64,000 bases of DNA from Thermofilaceae archaeon (GCA_038861545.1 JAWCCZ010000001.1:1-64000), one strand, 5' to 3'. Counted from the stretch's first letter, positions 8,925-19,469 are shown. The notes: generated from the sequence alone by a model not told the origin. Translations and numbers: made by a program.

Positions 8925-9917
8925 CTAAATTTGTGCTAAGGGGTAAGTACTATCTTCCATGTCTAGCGTAATTCTAATTATTTCTTCTTTCAATGATGCG
9001 CCATATTCCTCCATTAAGATCATTATAGCGGCTTTAGGAGGTATCACACCCTTTTCAGTAATGATTGCATCGATATACTCAGAAGGCGTGATATCAAAAG
9101 CGGGGTTTCGGGCACGAACATATTCAAAAGATTCGTTAGACAGGATTTCCTCTGGAGGTCTTTCCTCTATATTTACAAGTTCCCCGAGCACTGTAGCCGG
9201 ACTAAATTTATAAGTTTCCGCTGCAACGTAGAATCTTACTCTAGCTTCATGTGCGGCTAAGGCTATGAGCGACGTGCCAACTTTATTCACTACGGCTCCA
9301 TTTGCTGTTACAGTATCTGCTCCGACAACTACTTTATCTACTTCTCTCATAAAGAATCTAACTGCCGAATCCGGTATTAGCGTAACTGGAACACCAGCGT
9401 TTTTTAGATCCTGGTAACTTATAAGTCCTTGGAACTTTGGTCGTGTTTCTGTTGCATAAACTTCTAACTTGTTACCCTTTTTATATGCTGTTTTTATCAC
9501 GGATAATGCTGCTGAGCTATTGCAATGGGTTAACACTGTGTCACCATCCTCCAGAAGATTTGATCCTAGTTCACCAATACGCTGCTCAGCGTTTATCGAG
9601 GAGTCCATAAATTCATCTGCAGCACTAATTGCCTTTTCTACTATTTGAGCAAAGCTTTCCTCTTTTTCAATCCTTGATAGAATAAAGCGTAAAGAATTAT
9701 GAAGAGAGACTGCTGTAGGTCTAGTTGAGCCGAGAATTTCGGCCACGCTATTCATATATTTTATAAATTCCTTTGTGTTTTTACATCCTTTATATTGTTG
9801 AGCAGCCAATTTAAGCGCATAGGCAGAGGCTCTCGCAATTCTACCAGCTCCACGTATGCGCATAGTTTTTATATCTTCAGCAATTCTTAGAACTTCACTG
9901 GGAATCTCCACGAGCAC
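8925..9917 (-). CDS. e2b2: Ribose-1,5-bisphosphate isomerase (eIF2B-alpha/beta/delta family)
   Basis: MRIRGAGRIA, TRPTAVSL, catalytic LTHCNS and GAD motifs, NKVGT. Confidence 0.88.
   Translation of the reverse strand: MLVEIPSEVLRIAEDIKTMRIRGAGRIARASAYALKLAAQQYKGCKNTKEFIKYMNSVAEILGSTRPTAVSLHNSLRFILSRIEKEESFAQIVEKAISAADEFMDSSINAEQRIGELGSNLLEDGDTVLTHCNSSAALSVIKTAYKKGNKLEVYATETRPKFQGLISYQDLKNAGVPVTLIPDSAVRFFMREVDKVVVGADTVTANGAVVNKVGTSLIALAAHEARVRFYVAAETYKFSPATVLGELVNIEERPPEEILSNESFEYVRARNPAFDITPSEYIDAIITEKGVIPPKAAIMILMEEYGASLKEEIIRITLDMEDSTYPLAQI
9234..9305. repeat. 72-nt exact direct repeat, copy 1 (copy 2 at 10210-10281)
   Basis: TCTTACTCTAG...GCTCCATTTGC identical base for base in both paralogues. 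Confidence 0.95.
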
Positions 9918-10881
9918 TCACCTGGGCAAGCTTCCTAATAATTGATAAAGGTTCTATGGAGGCCGGAGGCCAGCCGTAAAGTTCCTTGACAAGGAGTATA
10001 ACTGCCTCTGGTGCTACAACTCCCTTATCTGTTACAATAGCATCTATGTGGCGCGGTGGAGTTACGTCAAATAGGGGCACGGCTACGTTAAGGTCACTAT
10101 ATCTTTCGAGTCCTGGTAATAAGCCAGTATCTTTAATCACCGGTAATCTAACTAGTTCACCAAACACCGTTTCTGGACTAAATTTATGCGTACTTGCTAG
10201 AACGAACGTTCTTACTCTAGCTTCATGTGCGGCTAAGGCTATGAGCGACGTGCCAACTTTATTCACTACGGCTCCATTTGCCGCTATTGCCTCGGCTCCG
10301 ACAACTACAATATTTATGTCTTTCATATAGAACCTGACAGCCGAGTCGACAATCAGTTCGACTGGAAAACTCATCTTACCCAACTCCTTAGCTAAAGCCA
10401 CGCCTTCACCGCCAGGTCTAGATTCTGTAACATACACATGAACATCCTTACCCTCTTCCTTCAACTTAGAAAACATAGCTTTAACTGTCCTACTGTAAGA
10501 GCACGTCAGCAATTTATCTCCTTCCCTTACCCTTCTTGCACCAAGTGCTGCAACGGTACTAGTTTTTGAGGAGATTTCCTTTGTCAAAAATGATATTCTT
10601 GTATCCAATTCGTCTACTACATCCTTTAATGAAGTAAAGTTTCTAGCGAGATTTTCTAATCCACTAAGTAAACTCGACATAACATTTAATGTCATGACAG
10701 AAGTGGGCCTTAGGCTGAAAAGCCTTTTAAGGAATTCTTCAGCATTTTTGAAAGCTTCGCTAAAGCTACTTGATTCATGGAAGATTTGCGAGAGCGCATC
10801 AAGCGCGGTAAAAGTTACTTCTGTTGAACTGTATATGTGAAACTTTTCAATCAGGTTTAAAACTTCCTGCCAGTTTTTCAT
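9895..10881 (-). CDS. eIF2B-family paralogue, probably non-catalytic
   Basis: RPTS, TESRP, NKVGT and FDVTP conserved; LTCSYS and GAE replace LTHCNS and GAD. Confidence 0.85.
   Translation of the reverse strand: MKNWQEVLNLIEKFHIYSSTEVTFTALDALSQIFHESSSFSEAFKNAEEFLKRLFSLRPTSVMTLNVMSSLLSGLENLARNFTSLKDVVDELDTRISFLTKEISSKTSTVAALGARRVREGDKLLTCSYSRTVKAMFSKLKEEGKDVHVYVTESRPGGEGVALAKELGKMSFPVELIVDSAVRFYMKDINIVVVGAEAIAANGAVVNKVGTSLIALAAHEARVRTFVLASTHKFSPETVFGELVRLPVIKDTGLLPGLERYSDLNVAVPLFDVTPPRHIDAIVTDKGVVAPEAVILLVKELYGWPPASIEPLSIIRKLAQVSARGDSQ
10210..10281. repeat. 72-nt exact direct repeat, copy 2
   Basis: Identical to 9234-9305. Confidence 0.95.
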
Positions 10882-10930
10882 TGAAGATCAGGTTAATATT
10901 GCATAAATTATAGGTTTTTTGCACGCAGAT

Positions 10931-11695
10931 TCAAGGTTTTCGAGCAAATATTAGATAGCCAGTATGTCCTATCATTCGTGTTTCAGGTCTACTTTCACCG
11001 GGCTTTACTTTATATTTTCTTTCAAGTAATTCTTCAGATTCAATCATCAAATATCCTACGCGTCTAGCTTCCTCTACCGTTTTTTCAACCTGATTTAAGG
11101 TGGGGAGAAAGCAAGCAAGTACACCACCGTTTTTAAGCGATTCGTAAGCGTGGTTCAACAAGTTCCAAGGATCAGGTATATCTAACACAACTGCGTCTAC
11201 GTTGCGTTCATCAATACCCTCTCTCACATCTTTTTCTTTTAGTATTACATAATCTCCCAAACCCAACAACTTGAGGTTTCTCCTTGCTAAGTTAAGGAAT
11301 TCCCGACGAATTTCATAGCTGTAAATTACACCATTAGGATATACGAAATGGGCTAAAATGGCCGTTAAATAGCCGGATCCGGTGCCAGCTTCGACAACCA
11401 TGGAACCAGGACCTATATTGGCCTTAAGTGCTATCAAAGCCGCGTCTTTAGGATATACTACTTGAGTACCTCTTTTGAAAAACTTATATACAATGTCCAG
11501 AACAGTTGGCTTTAGAATCTTTAGTTTAATACCAATATGCGTTGTTACGAATTCTCCATATTTTTTCCCAAGTATATCATCGGCCTTAACTATACCTTCG
11601 TTAAAACTATATGTAGCATCGTGGGAAACTTTTACGATATACTGTTTATTTTCATTCAAATACAACAATATTATATCTCCTTCGACAACATGCAC
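10931..11695 (-). CDS. trmI: tRNA (adenine-N1)-methyltransferase TrmI
   Basis: TQVVYPKD, VEAGTGSG, LDIPDPW, GHTGYL. Confidence 0.95.
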   Translation of the reverse strand: MHVVEGDIILLYLNENKQYIVKVSHDATYSFNEGIVKADDILGKKYGEFVTTHIGIKLKILKPTVLDIVYKFFKRGTQVVYPKDAALIALKANIGPGSMVVEAGTGSGYLTAILAHFVYPNGVIYSYEIRREFLNLARRNLKLLGLGDYVILKEKDVREGIDERNVDAVVLDIPDPWNLLNHAYESLKNGGVLACFLPTLNQVEKTVEEARRVGYLMIESEELLERKYKVKPGESRPETRMIGHTGYLIFARKP

Positions 11696-11802
11696 AAACT
11701 ACCGTTTTAGGTAGAATTTTAAATTCCGCGTTCTACTTAGATTATGCCCATAGCAAAGTATTTAAGTGGTGTGGAAGCTAGTCGGTGGACGAGCAATGAG
11801 AG

Positions 11803-12198
11803 GTGAGCTATGTGTCGGGTGAAAAACCATTTTACGTGAAATTTACAGTTCCATCCGAACTCGCTGAAAAAGCTTACGAAGCTATTAATAGGGCTAGGGA
11901 GTCGGGAAGTATACGGAAGGGAACAAATGAAGTTACAAAGGCGGTTGAAAGAGGTTTAGCTAAACTAGTGGTGATTGCCGAGGATGTAGATCCTCCAGAG
12001 ATAGTGGCCCATTTACCGCTCCTATGTGAAGAAAAGGGGGTACCTTACATATATGTCCCCTCAAAGGCTAGACTCGGCAAGTCATGTGGGCTGCAAGTAT
12101 CGGCAGCATCTGCATGCATTATAGATCCTGGGGAAGCAGTGTCGCTGATGAATGATGTAATAAAGCAAATCAGCGAAATCAAGGCTAAGGCAGAGTAA
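11803..12198 (+). CDS. rpl7ae: Ribosomal protein L7Ae
   Basis: [29 protein letters not shown]. Confidence 0.97.
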   Translation: MSYVSGEKPFYVKFTVPSELAEKAYEAINRARESGSIRKGTNEVTKAVERGLAKLVVIAEDVDPPEIVAHLPLLCEEKGVPYIYVPSKARLGKSCGLQVSAASACIIDPGEAVSLMNDVIKQISEIKAKAE

Positions 12199-12245
12199 AG
12201 TAATACCATCAAATATTTAAGAGGTTAATTCTTTCTACGCTGGTT

Positions 12246-12491
12246 ATGAGCACTAAACAAAGATGGGATCAGCCAGCGGATAAGTGGAGCGATTCTGTTC
12301 CAGCTGAGGTAATACAGATAGTTGGGCGAACAGGCGTAACAGGGGAGGTGACTCAGGTTAGAGTTAGGGTACTTGAAGGAGTGGACAAGGGAAGAGTACT
12401 AACCCGCAACGTAAAGGGGCCTGTAAGACTAGGGGACATAGTTTTACTCAGAGAAACCGAACGCGAAGCAAGGAAGATTACTGCTAAGTGA
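12246..12491 (+). CDS. rps28e: Ribosomal protein S28e
   Basis: [30 protein letters not shown]. Confidence 0.97.
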   Translation: MSTKQRWDQPADKWSDSVPAEVIQIVGRTGVTGEVTQVRVRVLEGVDKGRVLTRNVKGPVRLGDIVLLRETEREARKITAK

Positions 12492-12564
12492 ATTAGCATA
12501 GACATACGCTCAAAATACTTTCGTATTCCTATATCAAGATTAGTGTTTAACATACCTTTTTGAG

Positions 12565-13137
12565 ATGAAAACAGGTAAAAGTATGGTAATTAGAGAGTTG
12601 CAGAGAACATTGCTAACTCAAGATGCACAACTACCTGTTGCAGTCCTTAAGGACGTAAAAATAACTATGCATGGTGGACCGGGCGAACTAGTTCTAAAAA
12701 AAGGCGCTAAACTCGAATTACCTTTAAGTGATGCTTTACCTTTGCTTAAAAAAGGCTTCATAGCTCTCGATAGTGAACGTTTGCACAGTCCTCAAGAAGT
12801 GAATAAGGTAAGATGGCTTGAAAGTCGAGATGCTGGATCGATCCAAGCTTTAAATGGGGATTTCTATTTGAAAGCAAGATTATCTATCATTGATATGGAG
12901 CAAAGAGGAGTCGATGAAAGGAAAGTTAGTCTAGTTAAGGCTACACTGGTTGACATAATTAGATTGAGGCTACAAAAAATAATGAAGGCTGTATCAGCAA
13001 GCCCAGAGCCAAGTAGAGATCTCTTAGAGAAATTAACCTGGGAAGAGCGAATGCTCTATACTACGTTATGCGGATTTGTAAGGGAATGGTACAGGTCTAT
13101 GGTGGAATTTATCGAAAAAGGTGATGTAATTGGCTAA
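12565..13137 (+). CDS. gins23: GINS subunit (Gins23-like)
   Basis: B-domain then helical A-domain (DFYL, IIRLRLQKI, LTWEE); overlaps the mcm start, a conserved pairing. Confidence 0.8.
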   Translation: MKTGKSMVIRELQRTLLTQDAQLPVAVLKDVKITMHGGPGELVLKKGAKLELPLSDALPLLKKGFIALDSERLHSPQEVNKVRWLESRDAGSIQALNGDFYLKARLSIIDMEQRGVDERKVSLVKATLVDIIRLRLQKIMKAVSASPEPSRDLLEKLTWEERMLYTTLCGFVREWYRSMVEFIEKGDVIG

Positions 13138-15226
13138 TATACAACTATTAGAAGGGGTAAATATTTCTGAAAGATTTGTTGAATTTTTCAAATCATTCAA
13201 AGATGAGAACGGAGATTACAAATATAGGAAATTGATAGCTAGGCTGGTACTCGAAAGTAGCGTATCTTTACTTTTAGATTTTGACGACCTACTTAGCTTT
13301 GATGCTATGCTAGCCGAAAGATTACTGGATGAACCAAAACCGGTCTTAGAGGCGGCTTCCAGCGCCCTTAAAGATGTGGTTAAAGTAGAGAATGCCGATT
13401 ATGCATCACGTGTAGATGAGTTTTTTGTACGCGTTAGCGGGTTACCAGATAGCCTCAGAGTCCCAGTTAGGAAAATTAGGGCATCTCATCTGAGTAAATT
13501 AATAGCGGTTGAAGGTATTGTGACTAAGATATCTCCGGTTAAGCAACTGCTAGTTGAAGCCGTATTTCGATGCAAAGGCTGCGGTACAGAATCAAGAATT
13601 ATACAAAAGGAAAGTGGACTGGAGAAACCTGAACAATGTCCGCACTGCTTAGCCGAAGGAGAGCATAGGAGGAAGGGATTTGATTTAGTGCTTGAGAAGT
13701 CCAAATTTGTTGATTGGCAAAGATTTGTTTTACAGGAGAGACCTGAAGAGTTGCCTGCTGGACAGCTTCCACGATCGATCGAAGTGGTTGCAACACATGA
13801 CCTCGTAGATATAGTAAGGCCAGGTGATAGGGCGGTTGTAACAGGTATTTTAACCGTTTCAGTAGAGAAGGGAATCAAAAATCAACAGCCTATATACCAG
13901 ATGTACCTAGTGGCAAACAACGTTGAAGTTGCATCTAAGGAAGCGCTAGATGTTGAAATAACCCCTGAGGATGAGAAGAGAATCCGCGAGTTAGCTAATC
14001 GCAGCGACATTCGAGACTTAATTGTGAACTCAATAGCCCCTTCAATTTACGGGTATCGAGAGATAAAGAAAGCGATAGCTTTACTCCTATTTGGAGGTGT
14101 GCCAAAACTGCATCCAGATGGTGTGAGGGTGAGAGGTGATATACATGTTTTATTAATTGGTGACCCAGGTACGGCTAAATCACAATTACTAAGATACTCA
14201 GCTGCTATTTCTCCCAGAGGGGTATATACTAGTGGAAAAGGATCCACTGCGGCAGGCCTAACAGCAGCTGTTGTGAGAGAAAAAAATACGGGAGATTTTT
14301 TCCTAGAGGCTGGAGCCCTAGTATTAGCAGATGGAGGTATAGCCTGCATAGATGAATTTGATAAGATGGATCCAAAGGACAGAGTAAGTATACACGAGGC
14401 CATGGAGCAGCAAACCGTAAGCATCGCTAAGGCGGGAATTGTAGCCACGTTAAACGCTAGAGCGTCGATCCTAGCAGCAGCTAACCCAGCATTTGGACGA
14501 TATTTACACGGAAGACCAGTTACAGAAAACATAGATCTCCCTCCGACCATACTTTCACGATTTGATTTGATATTCGTCGTAACTGATCTACCTAATGCCG
14601 AAAGGGATAGGGCACTTGCAGAGTATGTTGTAGACTTTCATCGGCAAGTGTATCCTGAGTCCCTTGATCACGTAATATCACACGAGCTACTCAAAAAATA
14701 CATTGCATATGCTCGAAAGTACATTAAACCGAAACTCTCTGATGGTGCAAAAAAGAAACTAATTGACTTTTATGTTGAAATGAGAGCGAGAAGTCAAGGA
14801 ACTGATTCACCTATAGCTATAACCCCTAGACAACTAGAAGCTTTGATTAGGTTAGCTGAGGCCCATGCTAAGATATCCCTTAGCGAAGTAGTGAGCGAGA
14901 GTGATGCAGATGCAGCTATCGAATTAATGTTAGCATTTCTGAGAAGTGTAGGATATGATATTGAGACCAGACAGTTCGATATTGATATTGTAATGACTGG
15001 TCAACCTAAGTCTCAGAGGGATAGGATAGTTGTAGTCCTAAATCTTCTAGAGAGGATGGTGGAGGAAGCTGGCGGCGAAGCTGTTAAGAAGGATGACTTC
15101 ATAAGAAACGCCGTGGAAAAAGGCATAGAAGAGCAGTTCGTTAGAAAGGTTCTCGATAAGCTGTATGATAGTGGAGAGATCATAGAGCCTAGACCTGGTT
15201 ATATAATGCTTCTACGAAACAAGTAG
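13130..15226 (+). CDS. mcm: Replicative helicase MCM
   Basis: C4 zinc finger, GDPGTAKSQ, IDEFDKM, SRFD, C-terminal winged helix; no intein. Confidence 0.98.
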   Translation: MANIQLLEGVNISERFVEFFKSFKDENGDYKYRKLIARLVLESSVSLLLDFDDLLSFDAMLAERLLDEPKPVLEAASSALKDVVKVENADYASRVDEFFVRVSGLPDSLRVPVRKIRASHLSKLIAVEGIVTKISPVKQLLVEAVFRCKGCGTESRIIQKESGLEKPEQCPHCLAEGEHRRKGFDLVLEKSKFVDWQRFVLQERPEELPAGQLPRSIEVVATHDLVDIVRPGDRAVVTGILTVSVEKGIKNQQPIYQMYLVANNVEVASKEALDVEITPEDEKRIRELANRSDIRDLIVNSIAPSIYGYREIKKAIALLLFGGVPKLHPDGVRVRGDIHVLLIGDPGTAKSQLLRYSAAISPRGVYTSGKGSTAAGLTAAVVREKNTGDFFLEAGALVLADGGIACIDEFDKMDPKDRVSIHEAMEQQTVSIAKAGIVATLNARASILAAANPAFGRYLHGRPVTENIDLPPTILSRFDLIFVVTDLPNAERDRALAEYVVDFHRQVYPESLDHVISHELLKKYIAYARKYIKPKLSDGAKKKLIDFYVEMRARSQGTDSPIAITPRQLEALIRLAEAHAKISLSEVVSESDADAAIELMLAFLRSVGYDIETRQFDIDIVMTGQPKSQRDRIVVVLNLLERMVEEAGGEAVKKDDFIRNAVEKGIEEQFVRKVLDKLYDSGEIIEPRPGYIMLLRNK

Positions 15227-15237
15227 GCTTAACGGGT

Positions 15238-17421
15238 ATGAAAATTGATGAGTTACCCCTTTCCGATCAGATTAAACTCGCACTCATGAAACGTGGTATA
15301 ACCGAACTTTTTCCTCCCCAAGAGTTGGCAGTTAAGGCTGGGTTGCTTGATGGCGTAAACCTAGTAGTAACGGCACCCACCGCATCGGGTAAAACACTGA
15401 TAGCGGTGTTAGCAGCTTTCAAAAATTTAACAGAGGGTAATGGTAAAGTGTTATATTTAACTCCTTTAAGGTCACTAGCCTCAGAAAAGTATGAGGAACT
15501 GAACGATTTATTCGGTGAACTTGAATACAAGGTGGCATTAAGCGCAGGTGATTTTGATTCCAGTGACCCTTGGCTGGATAAATACGATTTGATCGTAACT
15601 ACAAACGAGAAAGCTGATAGCCTTTTACGACATGGGGCACCTTGGCTTAAACGTGTAGCTCTAGTAGTAGTTGATGAAGTGCATCTCATAGGTGACTCCA
15701 GTAGAGGGCCAACGCTTGAGATCTTGGTTTCTCGCCTAAGGCGCGTTATCCCCCAAGCTCAGCTCGTATGTCTAAGCGCGACCATAGCTAACTTAGGCGA
15801 GTTAGCTCAATGGTTGGAAGCCGTACCTGTGGAATGTGACTGGAGACCAGTCTTGTTAAAAGAGGGAGTCTACTATGACGGCGCAATAGAGTTCTCTGAT
15901 GGAGTGGTAAAAGAAGTTGGACTCATTTACGGAGATCCTTTGCTCGACCTGGTTTGCGACTCCTTGGATGAAGGGGGGCAGGCACTACTATTTACTTTCC
16001 GTAGAAGAGCAGCGTTTTCTATAGCCACGAGATTCAGCGCTATTGTTGAGAAGAAGCTTAAAGAGACAGAGAAACGTATATTGAAGACTATTGTAGCTCA
16101 GCTACTATCGAAAGAACATAATACTGTAACGGAGAAGCTGGTACAGTTAATGGCTAAGGGGGTTGCTTTTCATCATGCAGGCTTAAGTTACTCGGCTAGA
16201 AAAACTATTGAAGAAGCTTTTAAGAGTAACTTGGTTAAAGTAGTAGTAGCCACACCAACTTTAGCAGCAGGTGTAAACCTACCTGCCAGAAGAGTTGTAA
16301 TAGCGGATAGACGTAAGTTTAACTCTGAACTAGGCATCTATGAGGACTTAAGCGTGATGGAATATAAGCAAATGGCCGGTAGAGCCGGGCGACCTAAGTA
16401 CGATAAGATTGGTGAAGCGATTCTTATAGCTAGAACGCTCGATGAAGTGGATTACCTGATCGAAGAGTATGTTAAATCGTCTCCCGAGAGGATTATTTCG
16501 AAATTAGCTACCGAACGAGCGTTGAGATCCCAGATCTTAGCTGAGGTGGCAAGTGGTTTAGCTACCAATTTTAAGGATATAAATGAAACCCTGGGGAAAT
16601 CACTTTACGCTAGCCAGTATGGGCAGTATCAAATATGGAGAATTGCTACAAAGGTTCTTGAAGAGCTCAGCATCGAAGGTTTAGTAAAAATTTCTGGAGA
16701 AAAGTTAAAAGCATCTCCGATAGGCAGACGTATCTCTGAACTTTACATAGATCCACGTACAGCTAGCATCGTAATGAAACATTTGACAAATAGAAAACGT
16801 TTCACGGATTTAACTTATTTGCACCTAATAGCTGAAACCCCCGACATGCCTCGATTATACTTGCGGAAACGTGATAGGGAGTGGTTAGATGAAGCTGTAG
16901 AAAGAAGGAGCGACGAATTGATAGAGAGCCCTCCAGACGATCCAGACGAGTATGAGTTCTTTCTAGCAAGCCTAAAAGTAGCGCTTCTGCTCCACGACTG
17001 GATTGAGGAAGAATCGGATGATTACATTTATGAAAAATACGATATAGGTCCAGGGGATCTTTATTCTATTACACAAACTGCAGAGTGGTTAATTTATGCC
17101 TCCTCAGAATTGGCGAAGCTATTACTTTTACCTGAACGGGCTAATGAGCTTACTGTGCTGAGAGAACGCGTAAAACATGGTATAAAGGCTGAGCTATTAG
17201 AGCTCGTAAGTATTAGGGGTATTGGCCGTGTTAGAGCGCGCGCATTATATGCTCATGGCTTCAAGAGCGTAATCGATATAGCGCGCGCTGACGTCAGAGA
17301 ATTATCCTTAGTTCCCAGTATAGGACCAATGCTAGCAAAGAGACTAAAAGAATCTATTCTCAGCGGACAATTAGAGTTAGGGCAGATTTCGGAGCCAAGT
17401 ATAACGGATTACTTAGGGTAG
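15238..17421 (+). CDS. hel308: Ski2-like helicase Hel308 (Hjm)
   Basis: PTASGKT, DEVH, SAT, QMAGRAGR, RVRARAL domain V, PIP-like C-terminus SITDYL. Confidence 0.95.
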   Translation: MKIDELPLSDQIKLALMKRGITELFPPQELAVKAGLLDGVNLVVTAPTASGKTLIAVLAAFKNLTEGNGKVLYLTPLRSLASEKYEELNDLFGELEYKVALSAGDFDSSDPWLDKYDLIVTTNEKADSLLRHGAPWLKRVALVVVDEVHLIGDSSRGPTLEILVSRLRRVIPQAQLVCLSATIANLGELAQWLEAVPVECDWRPVLLKEGVYYDGAIEFSDGVVKEVGLIYGDPLLDLVCDSLDEGGQALLFTFRRRAAFSIATRFSAIVEKKLKETEKRILKTIVAQLLSKEHNTVTEKLVQLMAKGVAFHHAGLSYSARKTIEEAFKSNLVKVVVATPTLAAGVNLPARRVVIADRRKFNSELGIYEDLSVMEYKQMAGRAGRPKYDKIGEAILIARTLDEVDYLIEEYVKSSPERIISKLATERALRSQILAEVASGLATNFKDINETLGKSLYASQYGQYQIWRIATKVLEELSIEGLVKISGEKLKASPIGRRISELYIDPRTASIVMKHLTNRKRFTDLTYLHLIAETPDMPRLYLRKRDREWLDEAVERRSDELIESPPDDPDEYEFFLASLKVALLLHDWIEEESDDYIYEKYDIGPGDLYSITQTAEWLIYASSELAKLLLLPERANELTVLRERVKHGIKAELLELVSIRGIGRVRARALYAHGFKSVIDIARADVRELSLVPSIGPMLAKRLKESILSGQLELGQISEPSITDYLG

Positions 17422-17488
17422 TAGAGCAACTCGAGAAGCAGGAAAGACAATATATAAGAGAGTTGTAATTATAACCATAAAGGTCATT

Positions 17489-18481
17489 GTGAAAGATCAC
17501 ATCAAATTCATAGATTTATTCTGTGGCGCAGGGGGTTTTTCTAGGGGATTTGTAGAGGAGGGCTTTGACCCTATCCTGGCTGTAGATAATATGGAGTCCA
17601 TAGCCGAGGCATATAGGTTAAACTTTCCTAAATCGCGAGTTATAGTAGAAGATATAAAAAACATTAGAGGTGAGGATATAGAAGCCTACGTTGGAGAAGT
17701 TGATGTTGTAATAGGTAGTCCACCATGTGAACCCTTCACGGCTGCTAATCCTAACAGGAGGAAGTCGCCCATTGACCGTTTATATGACGATTTAACGGGT
17801 AGGCTGGTGCTCGATTTCATTCGCCTAGTAGGAGATCTACGTCCACAAGTGTTTGTGATGGAGAACGTTCCCGCGTTAATGGAGGGACAACTTAAAAGTT
17901 ATCTTATACGCGAATTTGTTCGAGCAGGGTATCCTAAAATATATTTCAACCTGTTAAAGGCTGAGGATTATGGAACTTCTTCGCATAGACTTAGGTTGTT
18001 TATTTCTAATCTCAAGTTGAAGCCCACCCCGGCGTGTAGGAAAGTAGTTGTAGCAGAGGCTATAGGTGATTTACCTCCTCCTAACTCTATTCATTATATT
18101 CCTAACCATGAATATATACCTCTCTCACATAGAAAGCAGAGAAAAATTAGCCGGTTACGATGGGGTGAAGCATTAGTAAGGTACACGGGGTCCGGCAGGA
18201 AGGTATATTATAATTATGTAAAACTTCATCCATACAAGATTGCACCCACAGTCATGGGATCTTCACGGTTCATTCACCCGTTTGAAGATAGGTTATTGAC
18301 TGTGCGTGAACAGGCGAGACTGATGGGTTTTCCGGATTATCATATATTTTATGGAGGGCGAGATGTTCAATACAACGAGGTTGGCGAAGCGGTACCAGTT
18401 ACTTTAGCAAAGGCTATAGCTAGGGAGGTTAAGAGGGGTCTTGAGAATGATGAGGATAGAAGTGATACCAGTTCTACATAA
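17489..18481 (+). CDS. dcm: C5-cytosine DNA methyltransferase
   Basis: Motif I DLFCGAGG, motif IV GSPPC, motif VI ENV, LTVREQARLMGFPD, motif X GEAVP. Confidence 0.9.
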   Translation: MKDHIKFIDLFCGAGGFSRGFVEEGFDPILAVDNMESIAEAYRLNFPKSRVIVEDIKNIRGEDIEAYVGEVDVVIGSPPCEPFTAANPNRRKSPIDRLYDDLTGRLVLDFIRLVGDLRPQVFVMENVPALMEGQLKSYLIREFVRAGYPKIYFNLLKAEDYGTSSHRLRLFISNLKLKPTPACRKVVVAEAIGDLPPPNSIHYIPNHEYIPLSHRKQRKISRLRWGEALVRYTGSGRKVYYNYVKLHPYKIAPTVMGSSRFIHPFEDRLLTVREQARLMGFPDYHIFYGGRDVQYNEVGEAVPVTLAKAIAREVKRGLENDEDRSDTSST

Positions 18482-18917
18482 CGCCTATTCGCCCCAGAGA
18501 TTAATTGAATCAGCCCGTACAGTATATGGTTTAAACTTTAAATTGTTCATAGCCACGAAAGCTAGTGGTAGTGCGGCGCAAGTGGGAGTTCCAGAGGCTC
18601 AGAAACTGGCTATGAAAATGGGTAAAAGCTTTGCCTTCCTGCCAGATCTGCCAGATGCTATAGAAATCCTAAAACCGGATAAAATTATCTTAGTTGTTCC
18701 AAAGAAATATGCATCAGTTTCGCTAATTGAAGTTCTGAAAGAAGCCACTGGAAGAGTAATGATAGTTTTTGGCGGCTCTGAGCCTGGACTTTCAAAAAAG
18801 GAGCTAGAGCTTGGTATACCAACATACATTGAGGGAGTAGAAGAAGATTTAGGGCCTGTTAGCCTCCTAGCTATCATGCTTTACGAAATCAAAAAGTTAT
18901 TCATGGATCAAATTTAA
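18447..18917 (+). CDS. Archaeal DUF2122-like protein (SPOUT-like fold)
   Basis: LHN..SPQRL, GSAAQVGVPEA, FGGSEPGLS motifs. Confidence 0.7.
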   Translation: MMRIEVIPVLHNAYSPQRLIESARTVYGLNFKLFIATKASGSAAQVGVPEAQKLAMKMGKSFAFLPDLPDAIEILKPDKIILVVPKKYASVSLIEVLKEATGRVMIVFGGSEPGLSKKELELGIPTYIEGVEEDLGPVSLLAIMLYEIKKLFMDQI

Positions 18918-19469
18918 CAATTTATTAAGTAAATTTCCACAAATTGTTTCAAACTCTTCCTTTTTTATATCTTCATTCACTAAAACATAATCTGAAAGTG
19001 CAATAACTGCTCCAATGCCTAACTCTAACTCTCTATAATCTCTTTCAACAAACTTTCCCCATTCAACTGGGTCGTCTTCTCTTCTTCTAGCCATTACTCG
19101 AGAAAACCTGGTTTTAGGCGAACTATGAATAGCTACCGCTACTACTTCATCAAAAAAATCCTTGAAGAAATTAACTTCTTCTAAGCTTCTAACCCCCTCT
19201 ATAACAACGCTTTCAGTGTGACTAGATTGTACCAGTTTCATCGTAAGTTCTGCTACCGCGGTAGGGCCATTCTCCCTCCGTAATTCCACAGCTAGTTGAG
19301 ATAAGGAATCTGAGTTTATGCTTACTCTTCTTCTGATAGCTTCCAATCTAACCGCGTCACCCATCGAAACTACATGAATGTTCATCTTCTTTGCTACGTC
19401 CGCGAAAACTGTTTTCCCGCTGCCGGGCATACCTGATACCAATATAGCTAATCGACGTTTTCTAACCAC
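18897..19469 (-). CDS. P-loop kinase, UPF0200/dephospho-CoA kinase-like
   Basis: GMPGSGKT, MGDAVR, IEGVRS, RDYRELELGIG. Confidence 0.85.
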   Translation of the reverse strand: MVRKRRLAILVSGMPGSGKTVFADVAKKMNIHVVSMGDAVRLEAIRRRVSINSDSLSQLAVELRRENGPTAVAELTMKLVQSSHTESVVIEGVRSLEEVNFFKDFFDEVVAVAIHSSPKTRFSRVMARRREDDPVEWGKFVERDYRELELGIGAVIALSDYVLVNEDIKKEEFETICGNLLNKLLNLIHE

